This document shows positions 1-9,067 of a stretch of 64,000 nucleotides of DNA, in pieces. The DNA comes from Spirochaetia bacterium. Lineage in GTDB: Bacteria > Spirochaetota > Spirochaetia > UBA9216. Each line of letters starts with the position of its first letter. Positions within the stretch are counted from its first letter, which is position 1. Under the pieces are notes generated by a model. It was not told the DNA's origin, searched no databases, and saw nothing but the letters and a program-made list of their open reading frames with translations. A program made the translations under genes and the position numbers. Where the stretch lies: the NCBI GenBank assembly GCA_963677925.2, contig CAXXYH010000003.1:1600001-1664000 (forward strand). Reading direction: 5' to 3'.

Positions 1-695
1 TTCTTCCCGATTGCACTGATAATAATTGCTGCGGCTTCTTCAGGTTTTGTAAGGGATACCCCCGCCTTTTTCTTGGCTTCCTCGCTTATTTCAGCATTCT
101 CAAGACCTGAGTTTTTCTTGATATCAGTCTCTATACCGCCCGGTATCACAAGAGATACCCCTATTGCGGTTTTGGAAAGTTCCATCCTCAGAGCCTCTGT
201 CGCAATCTTTACAGCAGCCTTTGATGCCCCGTAGACGGCCTGCCCTGGAACAGGAAGAAATCCGCCCATGCTTGAAACATTCGCGATATGGCCTTCAGGT
301 CTTTCTGCTATATATGGGAGAAATGCCCTGACCATATTCATCATTCCGTAAAAATTAATATTTAACTGCCGTTCTATCTGGGAATCCTCAATGTCTGCAA
401 GGGTCATAAAGGGCTGAATTATTCCGGCATTATTAATCAGACCATCAATTTGACCGTGAACTTCATTGATTTCAGCGGCAAGATTGCTAACCCTGAACTT
501 ATCTGTTATATCAGCAGTATGAATTGATACTTTGCCGGAATCAATACCTGCAGCCATTTTGGTTTGTTCAAGTGCGTTTCTGTTGATATCAATGGCAGCA
601 ACCCTTGCGCCCTTTTTAAGCAGCTGAAGAACCAGCTGCCTTCCTACTCCGCCGCCTGCTCCTGTTACTGCTATTACCTTATTATTTAATTTCAT
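1..695 (-). CDS. Short-chain dehydrogenase/reductase (partial; 3' end beyond window)
   Basis: Manual translation from ATG at 695: MKLNNKVIAVTGAGGGVG...LINNAG...NVSSMGG...YGASK. Rossmann TGxxxGxG, NNAG and YxxxK motifs; AAGGAG RBS upstream. Confidence 0.85.
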   Translation of the reverse strand, partial: MKLNNKVIAVTGAGGGVGRQLVLQLLKKGARVAAIDINRNALEQTKMAAGIDSGKVSIHTADITDKFRVSNLAAEINEVHGQIDGLINNAGIIQPFMTLADIEDSQIERQLNINFYGMMNMVRAFLPYIAERPEGHIANVSSMGGFLPVPGQAVYGASKAAVKIATEALRMELSKTAIGVSLVIPGGIETDIKKNSGLENAEISEEAKKKAGVSLTKPEEAAAIIISAIGK

Positions 696-864
696 TGTCG
701 TACTCCTTTATGCGGCTTACCGCTTAATCTTTGTTACAATGGTAATTTAGAAAAAAAAGGTAACAATAAAGTAAACTTTTGATTTTTTTTAAAGTTTTTT
801 TAAAATCTTGAGATTTGATATCAGACTTTCAATTTAATATAATTCGGATATACAAGGAGTAAAA

Positions 865-1992
865 TTGACGGAAGTCTGGCTTAAAACTATTATCAATATA
901 ATCTGCTCTCAATTTGCAGTCCTTATGTTTGCAAAAATAGAGAACAAAAAAGAGAATAATCACCATGATTACAGATTATTCAAGATAATGCTTCTCACAA
1001 TCATAGTCCTGCTGCTCCTCCATTCTCTGACTTTATTTACCAACGGTTCAAAAGAAGCCCCTGGGAAAATAATCCTGCAGGCATCTGTTTTCCTGCTCTT
1101 TCCGGCAGCAGGCTTTCTTGCCATGATCTATGCGATATATATGGAAAAAATCATAAAAACAGTTAAACGACGTTTCAGATACTGGCTATTTCTCTATACC
1201 ATTCCTTTAATTATTATCACAGGCCTCTGCGTTGCCTCCGAATTTACCCACTGGTTTTTCACCTTTGATGATGAGGGTTATTTCCATCAGGGGCGTTTTT
1301 TCTATATACCGATAATCATCTCATTCGGATACGTAATCACTGCACTGTTCAGGGTTATATCGCAAAGAAAAAATATGAATATCAGGGAATATTCAGACCT
1401 GGTCGCAATGCCTGTTCCAATGATTGTGACAGGAACACTGCAGAGTTTTTTTCCTGAATTTCCAATTCTACTCCCGGGATGCGTGCTGACACTTTTTCTT
1501 GTATTTTCAATCATACAGGATAGACGGCTTTCCTTTGATCATCTGACAGGTGCATACAACAGACAGAAACTGGATGAATACCTGGAGTTGATGTCTGGAA
1601 ACTCCACAGCATCAGGAAAAAACTTTGCGGCTATGCTTGCGGATGTAAATAAATTCAAGTTTATCAATGATACCTATGGGCACCTACAGGGAGATCTTGC
1701 CCTTATTGAGGTAGTAAAAACCATTAGAAGCGGTATAAGGAATATTGATTTCCTGGCCAGGTATGCAGGTGATGAATTTGTTGTAATATTTCCTGACTGC
1801 AATGAACAACAGCTCAATTCGATTATTTCTAGAATAAATCAGAATTTCAGTCTGATTGCCGCAAAAAATACAAAATACAAACTATCCATAAGCATCGGTG
1901 CAGATGTATATAATCATGAAGTTTTTAAGAATCCGGAGCATTTCATAGAACATCTTGATGCACTGATGTATAAATCCAAACATAAAAACTGA
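865..1992 (+). CDS. Membrane-bound GGDEF-domain diguanylate cyclase
   Basis: About 7 TM helices, then DHLTGAYNR, DVNKFKFINDTYGHLQGD, RNID I-site and RYAGDEF active-site variant. Confidence 0.9.
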   Translation: MTEVWLKTIINIICSQFAVLMFAKIENKKENNHHDYRLFKIMLLTIIVLLLLHSLTLFTNGSKEAPGKIILQASVFLLFPAAGFLAMIYAIYMEKIIKTVKRRFRYWLFLYTIPLIIITGLCVASEFTHWFFTFDDEGYFHQGRFFYIPIIISFGYVITALFRVISQRKNMNIREYSDLVAMPVPMIVTGTLQSFFPEFPILLPGCVLTLFLVFSIIQDRRLSFDHLTGAYNRQKLDEYLELMSGNSTASGKNFAAMLADVNKFKFINDTYGHLQGDLALIEVVKTIRSGIRNIDFLARYAGDEFVVIFPDCNEQQLNSIISRINQNFSLIAAKNTKYKLSISIGADVYNHEVFKNPEHFIEHLDALMYKSKHKN

Positions 1993-2100
1993 AACTTGAG
2001 AGTAAATACTCAATTTTTTTTCTCACACCGAAAAACAGACGATATACTTAGAACTGATTATTTTTGGAAGAAAATATAAATGTCGCGGAAAGCAGAAAGA

Positions 2101-2132
2101 TGGCATCATAATTCTATAGAATTATGATGCCA
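2101..2132. terminator. Perfect 32-bp palindrome; likely bidirectional terminator
   Basis: TGGCATCATAATTCTATAGAATTATGATGCCA followed by an A-run, between convergent genes. Confidence 0.7.
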
Positions 2133-2157
2133 AAAAAATAGATTGGAGTTAAAACCG

Positions 2158-2838
2158 CTAAAAGGCAAGCTTATATCCCGCATTAAGAATGATATTACGT
2201 CTGGCATAAAGCGAGACAGGCTCACCATTAGTCGCTTCCATTTTGGTTGATGAGAAATCAAAAAGATACCTCATATCCAGCACAACAAATCCAGGGCCTG
2301 CTTTTATATTGCCTGTTACACCTGCGGTTCCGCCAAATATCGGAGAAATGCCTTTAAGCTGTGATGTAAGTTCTGCTGAAGTAATCATTCCTGCAAGCGG
2401 TATAGAAATATAAGGACCCATATAGTAGTCAAGGATCCATACATCTGAAACCTTAGACTCCATACCAAACAAAACGGGAATATCGATTGTGGACACCGAA
2501 ACTTCACAGAGTGAATCATTCGAAATTCCTATAGTTTCATCTTCATAAGTAAAATGAAAGCCATTACCTACACCATTATTAAAAAGCATCCCTGCTTCGG
2601 GTCGAATAAAAAAGCCACCTGACTCACTTCCAAAAGTGATCTGCGATGAAATCAAAAAACCGGGAATGATATTCATATTATCATCACTGGCACCATAGAT
2701 ATCATCGAACTCACCGGTTCGCACTGAACCGACACCGGAACCGAAACTGCCGTTGATTCCCAGACTGACATCTGCAAAGGCTGTACCGCCTATGACCAGT
2801 ATTGCAATTAACAAAGTAATTATTTTTGTGTGTTTCAT
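2158..2838 (-). CDS. Secreted/outer-membrane beta-barrel protein (PorT-like)
   Basis: Signal peptide ending AFA, alternating beta-strand pattern, IDIPVL motif, C-terminal GYKLAF. Confidence 0.6.
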   Translation of the reverse strand: MKHTKIITLLIAILVIGGTAFADVSLGINGSFGSGVGSVRTGEFDDIYGASDDNMNIIPGFLISSQITFGSESGGFFIRPEAGMLFNNGVGNGFHFTYEDETIGISNDSLCEVSVSTIDIPVLFGMESKVSDVWILDYYMGPYISIPLAGMITSAELTSQLKGISPIFGGTAGVTGNIKAGPGFVVLDMRYLFDFSSTKMEATNGEPVSLYARRNIILNAGYKLAF

Positions 2839-2854
2839 TAGTTTATCCTATTAA

Positions 2855-3388
2855 TTATGAATTGGACTGAAGATTAAAGGCTTTCTCACAAACTGTGTAA
2901 AGGACTTCATATTGATTATCAACGAGGGGTGTAATTGTTTCAATTTTTCTGTTGCGTATCTTAATGAAGAGAAAATACGGTAATACCCACCCGGCGAACG
3001 CAGGAACAGCAAGCAGAATAGTAAGAATTATATATCCCGCAAGATAAGCAAATACCGAACCGGCCATAAATGCAGAACCGGCAATTCCAACAGTATATGC
3101 AGCAGTGCTTGCTGATACATATTTAGACTGTTCAAGATGCTGAATATCTTTTACACATGACTCAAATTGTCTTTGAAGTCTGGTAATCTCCATCTTTTTA
3201 CCAATTTTACGATCTCTCTTAAATCTTAAGACAGTGTATAAAAGACCCTTGCTTGAGTGGGAAACATTTTCAATATTCCATCCGAAGTTCTGATAGTTAT
3301 CGATGTAAAGGTGTTCAATATCACGCCTTACCGTTACATCCTTGTATTCATAACCGACGAAGGTTGCTGAGCTATTCGTTTCATTCAT
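2855..3388 (-). CDS. Hypothetical membrane protein (2 TM)
   Basis: 177-aa ORF with AGGAG RBS and two C-terminal hydrophobic helices. Confidence 0.7.
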   Translation of the reverse strand: MNETNSSATFVGYEYKDVTVRRDIEHLYIDNYQNFGWNIENVSHSSKGLLYTVLRFKRDRKIGKKMEITRLQRQFESCVKDIQHLEQSKYVSASTAAYTVGIAGSAFMAGSVFAYLAGYIILTILLAVPAFAGWVLPYFLFIKIRNRKIETITPLVDNQYEVLYTVCEKAFNLQSNS

Positions 3389-3451
3389 GTTTAATCTCCT
3401 ATGATGTATTAATTTATTGATTCTACACTCAAGAAAATAAACCGGTGATAT

Positions 3452-3468
3452 TTATGATTTACTTATGA
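3452..3468 (-). promoter_or_regulatory. Candidate OmpR-family response regulator box (direct repeat, 11-bp period)
   Basis: TTATGA-TTTAC-TTATGA upstream of the 3388 gene, next to an OmpR-type two-component system. Confidence 0.4.
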
Positions 3469-3499
3469 AATATTGCTGAAATGTTAAACTTTAAATTTT

Positions 3500-4567
3500 T
3501 TATCGATTTATGGAGATCATAAAAGTTGAGCCCTTATTCAGTTCGCTTTGTACAGTAATTGTTCCATTAATAATTTCTATTACCCTATACACAAGCGACA
3601 GACCAAGCCCATTACCTTCCTGAGAGCGGGAAGAATCCCCCTGATAGAACTTGTCGAAAATATGACTTAATGTTTTTTCATCCATCCCGCAGCCGTTATC
3701 AGAGATAGATATTTCAACATGCTCATCAAAACTCACCTGCGTCAACTTTATAACTCCATGCTCGTCTGTAAACTTCACTGCATTGGAAAACAGGTTATTC
3801 CACACCAGTTCCAGAATGGTTTTATCCGCATTTATAATACAGCGTTCCTCTATGGAGGTCTCAAGTCTTATCTTTTTAAGATCAAGTATATCTTCAAAAT
3901 TTAAGGCGCACTCACAAAGTTGACGACAGAGATCAAATGATTCTGCAGCCGGTCTGATTTCCTGATTCTCCAGCTTATTTAGCCGGAGTATATTTGAAAC
4001 CAGCTCAGTCAGTCTTTTAGATGCTGTTATAATAGTTTCTGTATAATCGCTTCTTTCGGCTTCTGAAAGATCATGCTTTTGCAGCGCTGTTGCGTAACTT
4101 TGAATTACAGAAAGAGGTGATTTAATTTCATGAGATACATTTGAAATAAAATCATTTTTAAGGGTTTCTATTGTTCCAAGCTCCTCTACCATTTTATTAA
4201 AATCTTCGAAAAGCACATCTATATAATCATATTTATCAGGAGAATGTACAGTTTCAAGATAAACAGAGAAATCTCCTGAAGCTACATTTTCTGCCGCATT
4301 ACTCAAACGCTTAAGAGGCATGTCATAACGTTTATTCTTCTGCGTAGTCGTGATTATAAAAAAAACTAAAGTAACAATACCCCAATACCCAAGCATTCCG
4401 GCAATAAAAGCTGGTGGTGCATTCTCAAGATCAACATATTCATAAAATATCATAAACTGTCCGGCAGACAAAACAAGTAAAATCAGATATGTAAAAAGAT
4501 ATTCAATCCAGGGAAAATATTTTCGTTTTATCCTGGAATCTATTGATGAAGACTTATTTTCAATCAT
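3500..4567 (-). CDS. Sensor histidine kinase (HAMP-HisKA-HATPase; HssS-like)
   Basis: 2 TM, HAMP, SHEIKSPL H-box, NLFSNAVKF N-box, DNGCG, FDKFYQGD, GNGLGL. Confidence 0.92.
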   Translation of the reverse strand: MIENKSSSIDSRIKRKYFPWIEYLFTYLILLVLSAGQFMIFYEYVDLENAPPAFIAGMLGYWGIVTLVFFIITTTQKNKRYDMPLKRLSNAAENVASGDFSVYLETVHSPDKYDYIDVLFEDFNKMVEELGTIETLKNDFISNVSHEIKSPLSVIQSYATALQKHDLSEAERSDYTETIITASKRLTELVSNILRLNKLENQEIRPAAESFDLCRQLCECALNFEDILDLKKIRLETSIEERCIINADKTILELVWNNLFSNAVKFTDEHGVIKLTQVSFDEHVEISISDNGCGMDEKTLSHIFDKFYQGDSSRSQEGNGLGLSLVYRVIEIINGTITVQSELNKGSTFMISINR

Positions 4568-5235
4568 TCAATCACCGCTTTATACCCAAGCCCATGAACA
4601 GTTATGATTTTAAAATCGGAACATGAAGAAAATTTATCCCGTAATTTTGTTATATAAACATCAACAGCTCTCAAGCTTGTATCACCATCGGAATCCCAGA
4701 ACTCATCTATAAGCTGTGCTCTGGAAAATGTTTTTTTGGGATAGGACAATAGTTTATACAGGATATTAAACTCCCGGAATGTAACAGGAATTTCAATATC
4801 ATTTACCTGCGCTGATACAGCATCAGCATCCAATACCAGAGACTGGAGTACTATTTTTCTTTCTGCTTTTATATTGGAACGCCTTAACAGTGCACTGACT
4901 CTCAATACAAGTTCATTCATATCAATGGGCTTAACCATGTAATCATCTATACCTGCATTAAATCCCCGTTGTTTTGATACAAAATCATCTTTTGCCGATA
5001 CAAAAAGCATTGGAATTGTCTCATTTACAGCTCTTACCGCTTTAGCAAATTCAAAACCGTCTATTTCTGGCATCATTATATCGGATATTATCAAATCAAA
5101 CATTTTAGTGTTCATTCTGTTATAAGCTTCAACAGGATTCAGACAGCCCTCTGATGAATAACCATTTTCATCCATATAAGTACAAATCAACCGGTTAAGT
5201 TTTATATCATCTTCAACTACAAGAATATTTATCAA
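4564..5235 (-). CDS. OmpR-family response regulator (HssR-like)
   Basis: ILVVEDD, DIMMP, KP, winged-helix VDVYITKLR and GLGY. Confidence 0.92.
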   Translation of the reverse strand: MINILVVEDDIKLNRLICTYMDENGYSSEGCLNPVEAYNRMNTKMFDLIISDIMMPEIDGFEFAKAVRAVNETIPMLFVSAKDDFVSKQRGFNAGIDDYMVKPIDMNELVLRVSALLRRSNIKAERKIVLQSLVLDADAVSAQVNDIEIPVTFREFNILYKLLSYPKKTFSRAQLIDEFWDSDGDTSLRAVDVYITKLRDKFSSCSDFKIITVHGLGYKAVIE

Positions 5236-5367
5236 AAGATGCTCCTTATAATAACTAAAGAATGACTTGTTATAATAAATCTATTTGCTGATTAAATTCT
5301 ATTCGACAGAAAGGATATTTTTTATATATTTCCGTAATAATTCTGAAATGTTTCTGTTTTGTTAATA

Positions 5368-5398
5368 AAAAAGGCAGATCAATCAACCGGATCTGCCA
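5368..5398 (-). terminator. Rho-independent terminator after SDR
   Basis: GGCAGATC...GATCTGCC stem preceded by an A-run (U-tract on the minus strand). Confidence 0.65.
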
Positions 5399-5415
5399 GA
5401 ATTTATATTTATATT

Positions 5416-6309
5416 TTACTTTTGAATCATCAGTCGTGTTCCGCCGTCAACTACAACAACTTCTCCGTCCATGAACGAGGTTACACCTGTACACATCATG
5501 TAAACAACACGGGCTACATCATCAGGATCTGCAACAGGAGCTTTAACCGCCTGTGTCCTTTTTTCCTTCGCTGAATCTGTAGCGTCCATATTCATTGCTC
5601 CAGTTGTAAGCATTCCAGCCGGTGCCACACAGTTGACAGTAATGCCTGCAGGTTTTAATTCACGGGCTAAAGACTGAGAAATACCGACAACCCCGGACTT
5701 GGCTGCTACATAAGGAGAGAGGCATCCGGCGGAAGATTCCATTGAAATTCCGGCTACTGATGCAACATTAACAATATGGCCGCCTGTACCCTGTTTTATC
5801 ATTTGCCTCGCAGCCGCCTGATCAAAGAAAAAGGTTCCTTTTAAACCGGTATCCACGACTAGATCATAATCTTCTTCATCAATATCAACAAATTCTTCCA
5901 TCCTCCAGTGAGCAGCATTACTCACCAGAATATCAAGCTTTCCGAACTCTTTTACTGTAAAATCAACTGCTTCATTTATCTGTTTAACATCCCGGACATC
6001 TGCCTTAAAGAATTTCACATCAAAGCCCTTTCCGGAAAAAAACTCTATGGCAATCTCTGCATATTCTTTTGCAATATCAACTATCATGACCTTTGCACCG
6101 GCTTCACACAGTCTGTTGACAATACAGGCGCCCAGCCCCATTGCGCCTCCTGTGACCACCGCGACCTTCCCGCTCAGGCTTAAAATTTCTGCCATAGGGA
6201 CAGCATTTGCCAGTCCGGCCATTTTTATTCCCGGAGCGGCTTCCATTCCCCTCACATCCACACCAAGCAGACGTTTAAAACCTTCATGAAATTTGTCCAA
6301 TTCCTTCAT
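5416..6309 (-). CDS. SDR-family oxidoreductase with ~40-aa N-terminal extension
   Basis: TGGAMGLG, SNAA, NVASVAG, YVAAK, VNCVAP, VDGG. Confidence 0.9.
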   Translation of the reverse strand: MKELDKFHEGFKRLLGVDVRGMEAAPGIKMAGLANAVPMAEILSLSGKVAVVTGGAMGLGACIVNRLCEAGAKVMIVDIAKEYAEIAIEFFSGKGFDVKFFKADVRDVKQINEAVDFTVKEFGKLDILVSNAAHWRMEEFVDIDEEDYDLVVDTGLKGTFFFDQAAARQMIKQGTGGHIVNVASVAGISMESSAGCLSPYVAAKSGVVGISQSLARELKPAGITVNCVAPAGMLTTGAMNMDATDSAKEKRTQAVKAPVADPDDVARVVYMMCTGVTSFMDGEVVVVDGGTRLMIQK

Positions 6310-6367
6310 TAAATTCTCCTGTCTATTTTATTTTGAAATTATAGGGTTATGAATTCTTAACTTGAAA

Positions 6368-6383
6368 TACATAAATTTATGCA
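6368..6383. promoter_or_regulatory. Palindromic operator copy 1 (TACATAAATTTATGCA)
   Basis: One of four near-identical 16-bp inverted repeats in the intergenic regions of this cluster; upstream of the SDR. Confidence 0.7.
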
Positions 6384-6409
6384 TTAAAACTTTTTATTAA
6401 TCTGATAAC

Positions 6410-6450
6410 AAAAACAGCCGGCTGCATAATTTTACAGTCGGCTATTTTTA
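6410..6450 (-). terminator. Hairpin terminator after PanB-like gene
   Basis: AGCCGGCTG...CAGTCGGCT stem flanked by A and T runs. Confidence 0.55.
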
Positions 6451-6490
6451 ACTCTTCTGATGTATAATGAATTATTATTCTTATATCTTA

Positions 6491-7378
6491 TTATACTTTT
6501 TCTATTGCATTCAAAAATTTCTCCAGCTCTCTATCTTCCATATGAAATCCATGCTTATCTTCAGGATACGCTCCTGTTCGTACATCATTAGCCCATGCAC
6601 CATATGCAGTTGCTGCCCATTTGAAAAAGTCTCCATAAACCTTTGCATGTGAAGCGAGTGACGGCATCATATTAAAAGTATCAAAATCGACCATCTCGCA
6701 GCCATCTGCAGCTCCGCCTGCTGCGATTGAAATCACAGGAACTCTCAGCTTTTTTGCTATGGCATTAGTTACTTCTATGGGGGTTAATTCTATTGTCATA
6801 GCCATCATTCCATTCTCCTGATATTCATAAGCCATTCTGAAAACTTCCATAGCTTCTTCAGCGGTCTTACCCATTCTTTTATATCCACCGTGTCTGCTTG
6901 TCTGCCATCCGGATAAAGCTCCTACATGACCAAAAACAACCAGGTGGTTGTCTGCCATATATTTAAGTGTATCGTTATTTATTCCCATTGGAAGTAATGA
7001 GTCTGCACCTTCGGCCATATACATTGCACCATATTCAAGAGCCTTTTCTTTTGATGAAAAAGTAGGAGTCTGCATATAAAAATTAATATGAATAAATTTG
7101 GCTGCATTTCTTACAGTTCTAATCCACCATGGTGCGTTTGCTATAGACATAAGTGTATTTTCTGCGGGAACCGTCAAACGGCATATATCACAGCCCGCCA
7201 TTTCTGCCGCCATTGTAAAGTACTGATCGCGGTTGGCAGGGCACATCTGCACTATTGGAGTTCCTTCATCTTTACATTTCTGAAGATATGCAATTGATTT
7301 TCGGCCTTTCTGCATCAGCGAAGCTTTAACTTTTTTATCTTCCTTATTTATTTCGACTTCCTTCTTTTCCTCTGCCAT
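6491..7378 (-). CDS. Divergent ketopantoate hydroxymethyltransferase (PanB)-like protein
   Basis: PanB-like layout (LQKCKDEGTPI, GHVG, GGYKRMGK, IEL, VPVISIAAG, DVRTGAYP..HGF). The GDS, ADMPF and KLEG motifs are replaced. Confidence 0.75.
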   Translation of the reverse strand: MAEEKKEVEINKEDKKVKASLMQKGRKSIAYLQKCKDEGTPIVQMCPANRDQYFTMAAEMAGCDICRLTVPAENTLMSIANAPWWIRTVRNAAKFIHINFYMQTPTFSSKEKALEYGAMYMAEGADSLLPMGINNDTLKYMADNHLVVFGHVGALSGWQTSRHGGYKRMGKTAEEAMEVFRMAYEYQENGMMAMTIELTPIEVTNAIAKKLRVPVISIAAGGAADGCEMVDFDTFNMMPSLASHAKVYGDFFKWAATAYGAWANDVRTGAYPEDKHGFHMEDRELEKFLNAIEKV

Positions 7379-7462
7379 AACAGCTCTCCTTATAATCCAA
7401 AGATTAATATCTTAAATTCGTTAAACCGAATGGTTAACCTGAAAATTTTTATCATTCAGCAT

Positions 7463-7969
7463 TTACTTATAGACAGCGTTTGAACAGATTAAATCAATTG
7501 CTTTTCTTATTTGAAGATCATTTTTTATTGGAGTCAGCTCCTTACCCATAAAATCTATGACCATTTCTAAACTAATATTCTGCCTATGTGCTATCCGGCA
7601 GGCTTCATCTAAAAGTTCAGATTCCGCTGCAAAAATTTTTTCACTTGAAATAATTCCCTGCAGCAGAATTTCTGTTTTTACAGTTTTATAAGCCTCATTT
7701 CTGAATTCTTCTTCTTTTTCATTCCAATCGTAATTTAAAAAATCTTCATTTATTTCATAAGACATACTCTGATATCTCATTCTGCATTTAGCTTCGGTCA
7801 AAATAGTCTGGAATTCTTCCGCCACTGTCTCAGCAGGAACATCAAAATCGTTAGCCTCAAGAACAAGATCAATCAGAATTCCCTGAAGTCTTCTGTCGGT
7901 CTTAGCTGACTCGCAGTTAATGTTCAAGTGCCTGGCATCTACACCCAGATAATTTTTAACAGTTGCCAT
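7463..7969 (-). CDS. Trigger-factor C-terminal (SurA-like) domain-only protein
   Basis: NYLGVD linker, DFDVPAETVAEE, EEFRNEAYKTVKTEILLQGI, KAIDLICSNA. Start moved to ATG 7969 because of the GGAGA RBS. Confidence 0.7.
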   Translation of the reverse strand: MATVKNYLGVDARHLNINCESAKTDRRLQGILIDLVLEANDFDVPAETVAEEFQTILTEAKCRMRYQSMSYEINEDFLNYDWNEKEEEFRNEAYKTVKTEILLQGIISSEKIFAAESELLDEACRIAHRQNISLEMVIDFMGKELTPIKNDLQIRKAIDLICSNAVYK

Positions 7970-8028
7970 CTTCCAGTCTCCGTGCACAAGTTACAGGAAA
8001 TGATAACTCCGGCATGAGCTGACGTAAA

Positions 8029-8044
8029 TACATAGATTTATGCA
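8029..8044. promoter_or_regulatory. Palindromic operator copy 2 (TACATAGATTTATGCA)
   Basis: Upstream of the trigger-factor-like/PanB-like unit. Confidence 0.7.
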
Positions 8045-8089
8045 ATTATTTGCATCATTTGAGAAATGATTTAAATTGTAAAATATAAT

Positions 8090-8872
8090 TTATATTTCTG
8101 GAGAAATTCCGTAGCGAATCAATTTCAGAATAAGCTCCTGTCTTGAAGACACTTTAAGCTTAAGATGAATATTGGCAATGTGCCTATAGATTGTCGAGAC
8201 ACTTATAAAAAAGCGATCACTTATCTGGCCCGGAGACAAGCCTTCGCAGATAAGTCTTGCGATCTCTCTTTCCCTTTTTGAAAGTATACCTTCAAGCTCT
8301 TCAACCTTATTCTCATTATGAACTGAGAGCATCACATGCATATTTCTGAAAAGATTTTCCAGGTGTGGATATACAGCCTTCATAATACCGATTTCAGTTT
8401 TGTTAAAACTACAGCGGCCCACACGATCCAGGGCAAATACGCACCTTACAAAATCATCATTTGCATGCAGGGTAAACCCTGCACTGTATGAGATTCCCTG
8501 TGGTTTAATATAATCTTTTAAAAACTCATCTTCATAATGACTCGTCCAGTCTTTAATTCCGACATCAAAGTTTTTTTTATAATCAGCAATATTATCTTTG
8601 ATTTTCAAAACTGAATATTTTCCATTTTCAACTTTTGAATAATAATCAAGATAGGCATCTGTCCATTGTTTATCTGCCCCTATCTGGCAGACATCCTGAA
8701 TATTTCCATTGACGTTTAAAAAAAATATTCTGGCCTGTTCAAAAGGAACAAGTTCATAAATGTTTTCGATAGATTTATTTATAAAGGCTTTAGGTTCTCT
8801 TTCATTACCTGTTTTAAGGAGATAATTGCTAATACTGGCCCAGGGTAATTCTTCTGAATATTTATGTACCAT
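8090..8872 (-). CDS. LuxR-family regulator (ligand-binding/GAF-like + HTH), paralog A
   Basis: C-terminal LSKREREIARLICEGLS..ISVSTIYRHIANIHLKLKVSSR HTH. Confidence 0.88.
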   Translation of the reverse strand: MVHKYSEELPWASISNYLLKTGNEREPKAFINKSIENIYELVPFEQARIFFLNVNGNIQDVCQIGADKQWTDAYLDYYSKVENGKYSVLKIKDNIADYKKNFDVGIKDWTSHYEDEFLKDYIKPQGISYSAGFTLHANDDFVRCVFALDRVGRCSFNKTEIGIMKAVYPHLENLFRNMHVMLSVHNENKVEELEGILSKREREIARLICEGLSPGQISDRFFISVSTIYRHIANIHLKLKVSSRQELILKLIRYGISPEI

Positions 8873-8971
8873 AAATAAATCTCTTTTCTTTATGAAGCCT
8901 GAAAGTACCGTACAACAAGTAAATAATAAATGCCTTACCGCTTATTATATATTATTTATGCCGACAGTATA

Positions 8972-8987
8972 TACATAATTTTATGTA
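8972..8987. promoter_or_regulatory. Palindromic operator copy 3 (TACATAATTTTATGTA) inside a longer inverted repeat (8963-8995)
   Basis: Upstream of LuxR A; flanked by GACAGTA/TACTGTC. Confidence 0.65.
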
Positions 8988-9021
8988 GTACTGTCTTAAA
9001 AACGTAAAGTTAGGCCAATTT

Positions 9022-9051
9022 AAAAGGCAGATAAGTAAATATCCGCCTTTT
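9022..9051. terminator. Rho-independent terminator after the 9068 gene
   Basis: AAAAGGCAGATA...TATCCGCCTTTT. Confidence 0.65.
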
Positions 9052-9067
9052 AACAATTTCTGCATTT

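Noticed and set aside
2101-2132. Perfect palindrome as a mobile-element end or CRISPR repeat
   Set aside because: Single copy between convergent genes with an adjacent A-run, so a terminator is the simpler explanation.
6255-7955. Shared LGVDxR peptide in the SDR N-terminal extension and the TF-C protein
   Set aside because: Too short to distinguish from chance, and explained by the trigger-factor linker in one of the two.
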